Source: Candidatus Latescibacterota bacterium
GTDB taxonomy: Bacteria > Latescibacterota > UBA2968 > UBA8231
Assembly: GCA_965261395.1 (NCBI GenBank)
Contig: OZ253462.1
Location: 3,200,001 to 3,264,000, forward strand
Direction of reading: 5' to 3'
DNA: 64,000 nt
Shown here: positions 39,040-47,930 of the stretch, one piece after another
How positions within the stretch are numbered: the first letter of the stretch is position 1
Layout of the letters: each line of letters opens with the position of its first letter
Translations under genes and position numbers: made by a program
The notes under the pieces: model-generated
The model's input: the letters and a program-made list of their open reading frames with translations, nothing else
Told to the model about the DNA's origin: nothing
Databases searched by the model: none

Positions 39040-40043
39040 GCAAGGCCGACAAAGAGGTGCTGCTGGACATTCGCGACTTGGAGGTCCACTTTGAGACCCG
39101 GCGCGGCATCGCCCGCGCCGTCAACAAGGTCGATCTGACCCTGTACAAAGGCGAGCGTTTTGGCCTAGTCGGCGAGTCTGGCAGCGGCAAGACCACGTTG
39201 ATTTTGGCGCTGTTGCGGATGATCAAGACGCCCGGCCTCATCGCTGGCGGTAGCGCGACCTTAGACGACGGCACTGACCTGACCAAACTCGACCGCGAGC
39301 AAGTGCGGCAGACCCGGCTCAAGCGGATCGCGATGGTGCCGCAGGGCGCGATGAACTCGCTCAATCCGGTGATGCGGATCGGGGAGCAACTGATGCTGAC
39401 GATGCGCGAGCACGCGACCGATCAGCCCACGCCGCCCAAGGCCGAGCAGTTGGAGCGCGTGATCGAACTATTGGCCAGGGTCGGGCTGAAGTCGGAAGTG
39501 GCCCGCCTCTACCCCCACGAATTGAGCGGCGGCATGAAGCAGCGGGCCTGCATTGCCCAAGCCATCTCGCTTAACCCGCAGCTCATCTTGGCCGACGAGC
39601 CGACCTCCGCCCTCGACGTGGTGGTGCAGCGGCAAATTATGCAGACCTTGCGCCAGCTACAGCACCAGCTCAATGCCACCGTGCTCTTGGTGGGCCACGA
39701 CATGGGCCTGATGGCGCAGTTTGCCGAGCGCGTGGGCATCATGTACGGCGGCAAACTGGTCGAAGTGGGCCGGGTCGAGGAGATTTTTCACAACCCGCAA
39801 CACCCCTATACCCAGCTTTTGATTTCCAGCATTCCCTCTTTTGAGGTCAAGGGCGAGTTCAAGGGCATTCCCGGGGTCGGGCTGTCGTTGTTGGACCCGC
39901 CGTCGGGCTGCCTCTTCCACCCGCGCTGCCCCCAGGCCATGGCCCAGTGCAGCCAGCGCCCACCCACCCTGCAAACGGTCGCCCCCGACCACTTAGTGTC
40001 GTGTTTGTTGCACGAGGAGGACGCAGATGCCCCCGCTTCTTGA
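39036..40043 (+). CDS. ABC transporter ATP-binding protein (DppD-like)
   Basis: GESGSGKT, YPHELSGGMKQR, ADEPT, HPYT, GCLFHPRC. Confidence 0.94.
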   Translation: MSKADKEVLLDIRDLEVHFETRRGIARAVNKVDLTLYKGERFGLVGESGSGKTTLILALLRMIKTPGLIAGGSATLDDGTDLTKLDREQVRQTRLKRIAMVPQGAMNSLNPVMRIGEQLMLTMREHATDQPTPPKAEQLERVIELLARVGLKSEVARLYPHELSGGMKQRACIAQAISLNPQLILADEPTSALDVVVQRQIMQTLRQLQHQLNATVLLVGHDMGLMAQFAERVGIMYGGKLVEVGRVEEIFHNPQHPYTQLLISSIPSFEVKGEFKGIPGVGLSLLDPPSGCLFHPRCPQAMAQCSQRPPTLQTVAPDHLVSCLLHEEDADAPAS

Positions 40044-41082
40044 GGCGCGCCACCTGCGCAAGGTCTTTCGCAGCGGCGGCGAGCGCTTCGGCCCGAGTAC
40101 CGAGACCATAGCCGTCAGTGATTTTTCCCTGTCGATTGACGCCGACAAGCCCTCCTTTACCACGATTGCCGGCGAGTCGGGCAGCGGCAAGACCACCATC
40201 GCCCGCATATTGCTCGGGGTACTCACCCCCAGCGCCGGCGAGGTGCTCTACCAAGGCCGCAATGTACACGACCTGCAAAAGGAGGAACGGCAGCAATTCC
40301 GCAAAGACGTACAGGCGATCTTTCAAGATCCCTTTGAAGTGTACAATCCCTTCTACAAGATCGATCACATCCTGACGACACCGGTGCGGAAGTTTGGGTT
40401 GGCCGCGTCTAAGGCCGATGCATACGACAAGATACGCGAAGCCCTGCGCACGGTCGGGCTGCGGCCCGAGGAGACCTTGGGGCGCTATCCCCATCAGCTT
40501 TCGGGCGGGCAGCGCCAGCGCATCACCATTGCGCGCGCGCTGTTGCTCAAGCCCAAGCTGATCATCGCCGACGAGCCGGTGTCCATGGTGGACGCCTCGC
40601 TCCGCGCGACCATTCTCTCCACCCTGCACGCGCTGTATCGAGACTTCGGCATTTCCTTCATCTACATCACCCACGACCTGACGACCGCGTACCAAGTCAG
40701 CGAGAACATCGTCATCCTGTTTCACGGGGCCGTGGCCGAGGCTGGCCACACCGAGAAGGTGATCAAGGACCCGCAGCACCCCTATACGCGCGAGCTAATT
40801 CACTCGATTCCAATGCCCGAACCGGGGCGCGAGTGGATCGACGAAGCAGTGGAAGAAAAGGAAGTGGTCGATATAGAGGTTATAGAGGCCGAAGAGGCGG
40901 TTGCCGGCTGCCGCTACGTGCTGCGCTGTCCCCAAGCCATGGCGCAGTGTGCGACCGCGCCGCCGTTTTACCGGCCAGAAGCCGAGCGGGCGGTGGCTTG
41001 TTTTCTGCACGCTGAGTCGCCGGTGTTGGAGAGCGGCGATCTAAACGAAGTGTTCTCGGCTTCGGCCGCCGCGCAAAAATAA
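40027..41082 (+). CDS. ABC transporter ATP-binding protein (DppF-like)
   Basis: GESGSGKT, YPHQLSGGQRQR, ADEPVS, HPYT. Confidence 0.94.
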   Translation: MPPLLEARHLRKVFRSGGERFGPSTETIAVSDFSLSIDADKPSFTTIAGESGSGKTTIARILLGVLTPSAGEVLYQGRNVHDLQKEERQQFRKDVQAIFQDPFEVYNPFYKIDHILTTPVRKFGLAASKADAYDKIREALRTVGLRPEETLGRYPHQLSGGQRQRITIARALLLKPKLIIADEPVSMVDASLRATILSTLHALYRDFGISFIYITHDLTTAYQVSENIVILFHGAVAEAGHTEKVIKDPQHPYTRELIHSIPMPEPGREWIDEAVEEKEVVDIEVIEAEEAVAGCRYVLRCPQAMAQCATAPPFYRPEAERAVACFLHAESPVLESGDLNEVFSASAAAQK

Positions 41083-41099
41083 TTTTCCGGAGGGATATC

Positions 41100-42830
41100 A
41101 TGCAGGGCCTGTTGTTGTGCTTAGTGGGTGTACTGTTGGTCGGCTGTGGGGACGAGGGGTACAAGAACGTGCCACGGGGCCGGACCTTGATCATGGATTG
41201 TTCCAGCTTGCAGGACTGTAGCGGGCAGATCAAGGACTACAACTCGTTTAACCCGTTTTTGCTGACCGGCGTCTCCAAGACGGGTTGGAACTTCCAGTAC
41301 GAGCCGCTGTACTTCTACAACGCCTACGACCCGCAAGCCGACAACATCATCCCTTGGATCGCCACTGGACACGAGTACAACGAAGACTATACCGAGATTA
41401 CTATCCACATCCGCGCGGGAGTCGAGTGGAGCGATGGGCAGCCGTGGACCGCGGACGACTTGGTCTTTACGATCAACATGCTCAAGGACAATGCGCCGTA
41501 TCTGTCTTTTTCCACCGACATGCAGGTTTGGGTAAAGAGCGCGGTGGCCAGCGACGCCCACACGGCTAAAATCGCGCTCACCAAGCCCAATCCGCGCTTT
41601 GTCTTCAGCTACTTCACCAACAACTTCGACAACGGCATCCCGATCGTGCCCAAGCACATTTGGGAAGGCCAAGACCCGAAGACGTTCAACAACTTCGACC
41701 AAGAGAAAGGCTGGCCTGTGGCCAGCGGCCCGTACGAGATCTTCATCTCCGTGCCCGCGCAGCGGGTGTGGGATTTGCGCCCGGACTGGTGGGCGCAGAA
41801 GACGGGCTTTCGCCAGCTTCCGGCGGTGGAGCGCATCATCTACCTGACGCACATGGAGGAGACCAAGCGGGTGCAAAATTTGATCTCCAATGCCATGGAT
41901 ACCAGCCTCGACATTCGGCCGCCGAACATCCAGTCGATCCTCGACGCCAATCCCAACGTCTCTACTTGGACCGGGCGCGACCTGCCGCACGGGTATCTCG
42001 ACTGGTGGCCGGTATGCTTGGGGTTCAACAACTTGGAGCCGCCGTTTAACGACCCAGAGATCCGCCGCGCCATCAACTACGCCATTGACCGCGACCAATT
42101 AGTGGCCATTGGCTGGCAGGGGGCCGGGACCAAATCGCATCTGCCGCTGCCGGACTTTCCGCCCATCCGCCAATACACCGACCGAATCCAAGACTTGGTG
42201 GAAAAGTACGAGATCGGCGTCCACGATCCGGCCAAGGCCGCGGCGATTATGGAGCGCAAGGGGTGGAGCAAGGACGCCGAGGGCTTTTGGACCAAAGAGG
42301 GCGAGCGGCTCAAGATCGTCATCGACATTTTCGATATTTTTACGGACTTAGCCCCGGTCTTGGTGGCGCAGTTGGAACGGGCGGGTTTCGACGCCGACTT
42401 CCGCATGACGCCCGATGCGTTTTCGCGGATGGCGCAGGGCACGGCGCGGGCCTTCTTGATGGGCAATGGCGCGAGCGTGCGCGATCCGTACTTCACCTTG
42501 CGGCTCTACCACAGCCGCTTCGTCCAACCCACTGGCACGCACTCCGAGCGGTTCTGGCGCTGGTCGAACCCGGAGTTTGACGCGCTGGTCGATCAGATGG
42601 GGGAGACTGCGCCCGACGACCCGGCGCTGCAAACGCTCTTCCGCGAGGCCATGGAAATTTGGCTGGCCGAGCTGCCCTCCATCCCCATTGTACAGTGGTA
42701 TCACCGCATCCCGCACAACCAGACCTATTGGAAGAACTGGCCGTCGGTGGAGAACCCCTATATCAACAGCGCCTACTGGCACAACACTTGGCTTTTGGTG
42801 CTGCTCGGGCTGGAGCCGGTGGATGGGTAG
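41100..42830 (+). CDS. Family 5 ABC substrate-binding lipoprotein
   Basis: Lipobox LVGC; GVEWSDGQPWTADDLVFT, RRAINYAIDR. Confidence 0.92.
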   Translation: MQGLLLCLVGVLLVGCGDEGYKNVPRGRTLIMDCSSLQDCSGQIKDYNSFNPFLLTGVSKTGWNFQYEPLYFYNAYDPQADNIIPWIATGHEYNEDYTEITIHIRAGVEWSDGQPWTADDLVFTINMLKDNAPYLSFSTDMQVWVKSAVASDAHTAKIALTKPNPRFVFSYFTNNFDNGIPIVPKHIWEGQDPKTFNNFDQEKGWPVASGPYEIFISVPAQRVWDLRPDWWAQKTGFRQLPAVERIIYLTHMEETKRVQNLISNAMDTSLDIRPPNIQSILDANPNVSTWTGRDLPHGYLDWWPVCLGFNNLEPPFNDPEIRRAINYAIDRDQLVAIGWQGAGTKSHLPLPDFPPIRQYTDRIQDLVEKYEIGVHDPAKAAAIMERKGWSKDAEGFWTKEGERLKIVIDIFDIFTDLAPVLVAQLERAGFDADFRMTPDAFSRMAQGTARAFLMGNGASVRDPYFTLRLYHSRFVQPTGTHSERFWRWSNPEFDALVDQMGETAPDDPALQTLFREAMEIWLAELPSIPIVQWYHRIPHNQTYWKNWPSVENPYINSAYWHNTWLLVLLGLEPVDG

Positions 42831-42857
42831 GGGAGCGCCGCCACAGGGAGAAGCACC

Positions 42858-43718
42858 ATGCGCTATCGGCGATTTGGGCGCACAGAATTGCAGGTGAGCG
42901 CGGTCAGCTTGGGTGGGGCTTACTTGGGCGGCAAGGACCCGGAGCGCGCCGAGGAAAACGCTCGAGCGATTGTGCGGCGCGCGTTGGATTTGGGCTGCAA
43001 TTACATCGATACAGCACCACTCTACGGGGCGAGCGAAGAACTGCTGGGCAAGGCACTAGCGGGGGAGCGCCGCCCTTTTTATTTGGCGACCAAAGTAGGG
43101 TTTAAGCCGGAAGACTTTGACTACCGGCGCGATTCGGTTTTGCAGAGCTTGGAGCGCAGCTTGGCATTGTTGGGACTAACTAAGCTGACGGTGGCGCAGA
43201 TCCACGAGGTGAACTTGGCGGGTTGGGAGCGGATCGTGGAAAAGGGCGGGACTTTGGAGGGCTTGCGCGCCGCGCAAAAACAGGGGCTGTGCGATTTTAT
43301 CGGCGTGACGGGCCGGGCCATCCCCCTGTTGGCGCGGCTGGCGGCGACCGGCGAATTCGACGTGGTGCTGTGCTACCACGACTACCATCCCTGTGTGCAG
43401 TTAGCCGCGGAGGCCGTCTTGCCGGCCGCCGCGCAAAGCGATATGGGCGTGGTGCTGGCGACGGTGTTGGCTGGGGGTATGTACGTCGTCGGCAAGGACC
43501 AGCGCGCGGCGGTGGAGCGTCGATTTGAACGCGAGGAAGAGCGGCAGCGGGCATGGGCGATTATCGAGCAGCTAACGCAACAGGAATCAACGCTACCGCA
43601 GAGCGCGTTTCGCTGGGTCTTGGCCGACGAGCGGGTCTCGACCGTGTCCAGTGGCGCGGCGAGCGTGGCGGAGCTAGAGGAAGTGGCGCAGGCCGGGGAT
43701 ATGACGCCGGATTGGTAG
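42858..43718 (+). CDS. Aldo/keto reductase
   Basis: YRRFGRTELQVS, IDTAPLYG, ATKVG, QIHE. Confidence 0.9.
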   Translation: MRYRRFGRTELQVSAVSLGGAYLGGKDPERAEENARAIVRRALDLGCNYIDTAPLYGASEELLGKALAGERRPFYLATKVGFKPEDFDYRRDSVLQSLERSLALLGLTKLTVAQIHEVNLAGWERIVEKGGTLEGLRAAQKQGLCDFIGVTGRAIPLLARLAATGEFDVVLCYHDYHPCVQLAAEAVLPAAAQSDMGVVLATVLAGGMYVVGKDQRAAVERRFEREEERQRAWAIIEQLTQQESTLPQSAFRWVLADERVSTVSSGAASVAELEEVAQAGDMTPDW

Positions 43719-43742
43719 GGGCGACCGGCCGGTCGCCCCTAC
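43715..43742. repeat. Perfect 28-bp GTAG-type palindrome (REP-like)
   Basis: GTAGGGGCGACCGG/CCGGTCGCCCCTAC; contains the TAG stops of both convergent genes. Confidence 0.8.
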
Positions 43743-44791
43743 ATCCAGCCGTGCTGGATGGTCACGGGTGCGCCGGAAGTCTGGGTCTGCCAATGCGGCC
43801 TGCGGCCTATTTTGACCTCGCGGCGGGTGAGGGACGAGGCTTCGGCGGCGAAGAGGATTTCCATGATGTGCCGCCCGTATTGGCCGTGGGTCGGCGGCTC
43901 GATGTTGAGCGCGATGGCCTCGGCAAAGCTCTTCCACTCGTGGTACATCTCGGTCGGCGCGTCCTCAAAGGGGACGTCTTCCCACGTATCGCCCTGGCCT
44001 ACTTTGACGTATTTCTCGCCGTGCTGGCTGAAGCGCAGCGAGCCGTTGGCGCAAATCACTTGGCATTCAAAATTCGGCGCTCCGTCGGCGTAGCCTATGG
44101 CTACGGCCGTGCCGGCGAGGCCGTTTTTGTAGCGGATAAAGGCCGTGGCTGAGTCGTCGCTGGCTTGGTAGTGCGCGCGGGTGCCAATGGCGGCCGAGAC
44201 CGACGCGGCTTGCGAAGCCATCACCCACGTGAGTCGATCGACGACGTGGACGCCGTTGGTCAACCACATGCCGCCGCCGTGGAAGCGACTGCGGTATTGG
44301 GGCCGCCGCCCGGCGAAATTCCAGTTTTTCGACATGTAGCTGACAGCCGTGATCACCGGGCCGAGCTGGCCGGAGTCGAGGATTTCCTTGGCCTTGAGAC
44401 TGGTGCTGTAAAAGTGCTGCGACAGCCCGACCATTAGCTTGACATTGTTTTCGGCAGCGGCGGCGACCATGGCGTCGCATTGCTCTAGGCTGATGGCCAT
44501 GGGCTTTTCGACGAGCACGTGCTTGCCGGCGCGGCAGGCGTCGATGGTGAGCTGGTGGTGGAGTTGGTGCCCGAGCACGACGGCGACCGCGTCAATGTCG
44601 GCATCCGCCAAGAGTTCGTGGTGGGTTGGATAGCCCTTGGGGATGTGGTACTTGTCCATGTACTCGCGCCGCTTCTCCTCGAGCAGATCGGCGACCGCGA
44701 CGACTTCCACTTGGTCGAGATGGGCGATTGAATCGCAGTGGGAGCGGGCGATGCCGCCGAGGCCAATGATGCCGACTTTGAGAGCTGCCAT
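43739..44791 (-). CDS. Gfo/Idh/MocA-family oxidoreductase
   Basis: KVGIIGLGGIA, GKHVLVEKPMA, GGGMWLTNGVH; start placed at ATG 44791. Confidence 0.9.
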   Translation of the reverse strand: MAALKVGIIGLGGIARSHCDSIAHLDQVEVVAVADLLEEKRREYMDKYHIPKGYPTHHELLADADIDAVAVVLGHQLHHQLTIDACRAGKHVLVEKPMAISLEQCDAMVAAAAENNVKLMVGLSQHFYSTSLKAKEILDSGQLGPVITAVSYMSKNWNFAGRRPQYRSRFHGGGMWLTNGVHVVDRLTWVMASQAASVSAAIGTRAHYQASDDSATAFIRYKNGLAGTAVAIGYADGAPNFECQVICANGSLRFSQHGEKYVKVGQGDTWEDVPFEDAPTEMYHEWKSFAEAIALNIEPPTHGQYGRHIMEILFAAEASSLTRREVKIGRRPHWQTQTSGAPVTIQHGWM

Positions 44792-44866
44792 AGGGTGTCC
44801 TTTGGTGTGAATATAAGGTGCGCTAAGTATAGGCGGCGGCTTGGTAGGCGACAAATCGCCGAGCAT

Positions 44867-44895
44867 TTGCGCCAAAATAAATAATGTCCTAAGAT
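44867..44895 (+). promoter_or_regulatory. Putative sigma70 promoter, possibly leaderless transcript
   Basis: TTGCGC, 17 bp, TAAGAT, 6 bp, ATG 44902; no SD. Confidence 0.45.
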
Positions 44896-44901
44896 GCTCT
44901 G

Positions 44902-46845
44902 ATGCCCGGTAATTTTACCTATCGCTCGCTCGCTTTTGGAGCCTTGCTGTCGCTGGCGATCAACGTGTTTTTCGCCTATGCGCGGCTGGCGATGGCTACT
45001 GCGGGCATGTCCTCCGATTATATCACCGCCGGAGCGGTTTTCCTGTTCTTCCTGGTGGTGGCGTTTTTCAATCCCGCGCTCAAGCTGATTCACCGTGCTT
45101 GGGGCTTTAACCGCTCCGAGTTGATCATCATCTACGCGATGATGATCATTGGCTCGGCCATTCCCACGTGGGGTTTTACGGGCAATTTGATCGCCATGTT
45201 GCCCAATATCTACTACTATGCCACCCCCGAGAACAACTGGTCGGAGCTGCTGCATCCCTACGTCCGCGAGTGGATGGTGCCGCAAGACCCGGACGCGATC
45301 AAGTACTTCTTCGAGGGCCTACCCAAGGGGCAGCCCATCCCCTGGGAACACTGGATGGTGCCGCTTGCGGCTTGGGTCTCGTTTATTCTGTCGATCTACC
45401 TAATGATGATCACCATCGCGTCGATCGTCCGCCGCCAGTGGGTTGACTACGACCGCTTGACCTTTCCGCTGTTGCAGCTACCCATCGACCTGACTGAAGA
45501 AGGCAAGAGCGGGTCCATCATCACTCCGCTGTTCAAAAGGCCGCTTTTGTGGATCGGGTTCGCGCTGCCCTTGGTGCTGTACAGCACCAACGCCTTAAAC
45601 CACTATTTCCCCTTTATCCCGGCGGTGCAGTTGCGCCACAACATCTCGCTGTTTAACAACGCGCTGGGGCTGACGACCAACGTGAACTTTGTGGCGCTGG
45701 GACTGGCGTACTTTTTGAGCTTAGACGTGGGGTTGAGCATCTGGCTCTTCCACTTGCTGACCAAAGCGCAGATCACCACTGAGAACGTCCTCGGCTATTC
45801 GCTGCCGGGCCGCCGCGACCTGTTTATGGAAGGTTCGATGTCGGTGTCCTACGAGGGGATGGGGGCCATGCTGGTGCTGGTGCTCTACGGGCTGTGGATC
45901 AGCCGCGGCTACTTGCGGCAGGTCTGGCGCAAGGCCCTGTACAACGAGGGGGAGCTGGATGATTCGCAGGAGATTCTCTCGTATCGGGCGGCGCTCATCG
46001 TCTTGGTCTTGGCCAGCGCCTATGCCACCGTTTGGCTGACCTTATCGGGCGTGCCGTGGTGGGTTGCGCTGTTTTTTCTTTTGGTGGCCTTCTGCGTCTT
46101 TTACGGGCTGACGCGGATCGTCGCCGAGGGAGGGTTGGGTTTTGCACGGGCGCAGATGACGGCGCAGCCGTTTGTGATTGACGCGGTGGGCACGGAGGCG
46201 ATCGGTCCGGCGGGGCTGGTGAGCTTGGGGATGACCTTTAGCTGGGCGGGCGATTTGCGGACCATGGTTATGGCCTCAGCGATCAATGGCCTCAAGCTGG
46301 CCGATATTGGCCAAGTGCGGGGACGGCCGCTGTTTTGGGCGCTGATGCTCTCGATTGTGGTCGGCTTGGCTGGTTCGGTGTGGATGGTGGTGTGGATGGG
46401 ATACCAGTACGGGGGCATCAATTTGGACTGGTGGTTCTACAACCGCTTCGGCGAGATCGTCCACGGCGACTCGGCCTACAAGATCGCCAACCCGAGACAT
46501 CCCCTAGACGACTTCTATGAGATCGGGCCGCGCTTTCTGTTTGCAGGGATCGGCGCGGGGATCATGGGGCTGTTGATGTACGCCCGGCACCACTTTCTCT
46601 GGTGGCCGGTGCATTACCTCGGCTTTCCCATCGGCGCGACCCTGACGATCATCTGGACTTGGTTCAGCATTTTCATTGGCTGGATCCTCAAGGCGCTGGT
46701 GCTCAAATACGGCGGCGTGACGCTTTATCGGCAGCTACGGCCTTTGTTTTTGGGATTGATTTTGGGGCATATTTTCGTCTCGGGATTCTGGGTGCTTTTC
46801 GACTACATCACCGGGGAGACCGGCAACCGGATTCCGATTTTTTGA
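44902..46845 (+). CDS. DUF6785/DUF6784-like polytopic membrane protein (putative transporter)
   Basis: Many TMs; YYATPENNW, QWVDYDRLTFPL, RIVAEGG, WWPVHYLG, LKYGG..PLFLGLILG. Confidence 0.72.
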   Translation: MPGNFTYRSLAFGALLSLAINVFFAYARLAMATAGMSSDYITAGAVFLFFLVVAFFNPALKLIHRAWGFNRSELIIIYAMMIIGSAIPTWGFTGNLIAMLPNIYYYATPENNWSELLHPYVREWMVPQDPDAIKYFFEGLPKGQPIPWEHWMVPLAAWVSFILSIYLMMITIASIVRRQWVDYDRLTFPLLQLPIDLTEEGKSGSIITPLFKRPLLWIGFALPLVLYSTNALNHYFPFIPAVQLRHNISLFNNALGLTTNVNFVALGLAYFLSLDVGLSIWLFHLLTKAQITTENVLGYSLPGRRDLFMEGSMSVSYEGMGAMLVLVLYGLWISRGYLRQVWRKALYNEGELDDSQEILSYRAALIVLVLASAYATVWLTLSGVPWWVALFFLLVAFCVFYGLTRIVAEGGLGFARAQMTAQPFVIDAVGTEAIGPAGLVSLGMTFSWAGDLRTMVMASAINGLKLADIGQVRGRPLFWALMLSIVVGLAGSVWMVVWMGYQYGGINLDWWFYNRFGEIVHGDSAYKIANPRHPLDDFYEIGPRFLFAGIGAGIMGLLMYARHHFLWWPVHYLGFPIGATLTIIWTWFSIFIGWILKALVLKYGGVTLYRQLRPLFLGLILGHIFVSGFWVLFDYITGETGNRIPIF

Positions 46846-46857
46846 GGAGGAAAACCA

Positions 46858-47886
46858 ATGCGAGCAGGAGATAGAGAAAAAATTGGGCCGCACGGCTTGG
46901 AGGTAACGCGCTTGGGACTGGGCGGCACGACTTTTGGCAACATGTACTCGGTGCTGAGCGAGCAGGAAGGGCTGGACGTACTGGACGCGGCCTTTGCGGC
47001 TGGGGTGCGCTACTTCGACACTGCGCCGCTGTATGGCTACGGCCTGAGCGAGACGCGCTTGGGGCCGGGGCTGGCGCGCTACGACCGCGACGAGATCGTC
47101 CTGTCCTCGAAAGTGGGCTATACGCTGGTGGAGCGGAAACCCGGCGACGACTATGTCGATCTGTTCGTCGATGCGCCCGAGATGACCAGCTATTTCGACT
47201 ACTCGCGCGACGCGGTGCTGCGCTCGATTGAGGGGAGTTTAGCGCGGCTCAAAATGGATCGCCTCGATATGGTGCTAATCCACGATCCCGACGAGGCGAG
47301 GAGTATTGAGCCGGATTGGACGCCGGGCGAGCGGGGGTACTTCGATCAAGTGATGGCCGAAACGTATCCCGTGCTCGACGAGCTGCGCCAGCAGCAGGTA
47401 GTCAAGGCCATTGGCTTGGGCATGAACCAGTGGCAGATGCTGGCGGATTTTGCCCGCGCCGGGGACTTCGACGCCTTTTTGCTGGCTGGCCGCTATACGC
47501 TGCTGGAGCAGGAATCGCTGCGCGAGTTGTTGCCGCTGTGCTTGGAAAAGGGAGTGCGGATCGTCATTGGCGGGCCGTACAATTCGGGGATTTTGGCTAC
47601 CGGAGCGGTCGAGGGTGCGTATTACAACTACGCGCCCGCGCCGGAAGATGTGTTGGCGAAGGTGCGCCGCATTGAGGCGGTCTGCGCTCGGCACGAGGTG
47701 CCCTTGCCAGCCGCGGCGCTGCAATTCCCCTTTGGGCATCCGGCGGTGGCAACCGTCATTCCCGGGGCGCGGACCGTCGCGGAAGTTGCCGCCAATGTGG
47801 CCTGCCTAGAGCACGCAATCCCAGCCGACTGCTGGGCCGAACTCAAGCAGGAAGGGCTGATTGACGCGGAGGCACCGACGCCTTAG
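46858..47886 (+). CDS. Aldo/keto reductase (D-threo-aldose/pyridoxal dehydrogenase-like)
   Basis: FDTAPLYGYGLSE, SSKVG, FDYSRD, IHDPD, LLAGRYTLLEQ. Confidence 0.88.
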   Translation: MRAGDREKIGPHGLEVTRLGLGGTTFGNMYSVLSEQEGLDVLDAAFAAGVRYFDTAPLYGYGLSETRLGPGLARYDRDEIVLSSKVGYTLVERKPGDDYVDLFVDAPEMTSYFDYSRDAVLRSIEGSLARLKMDRLDMVLIHDPDEARSIEPDWTPGERGYFDQVMAETYPVLDELRQQQVVKAIGLGMNQWQMLADFARAGDFDAFLLAGRYTLLEQESLRELLPLCLEKGVRIVIGGPYNSGILATGAVEGAYYNYAPAPEDVLAKVRRIEAVCARHEVPLPAAALQFPFGHPAVATVIPGARTVAEVAANVACLEHAIPADCWAELKQEGLIDAEAPTP

Positions 47887-47930
47887 GCACCGCTGCAAAC
47901 TATCCCCATTCACACCGAGGAGTAATCACA

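Noticed and set aside
42827-42845. GTAGGGGAGCGCC resembling the REP left arm
   Set aside because: No complementary right arm
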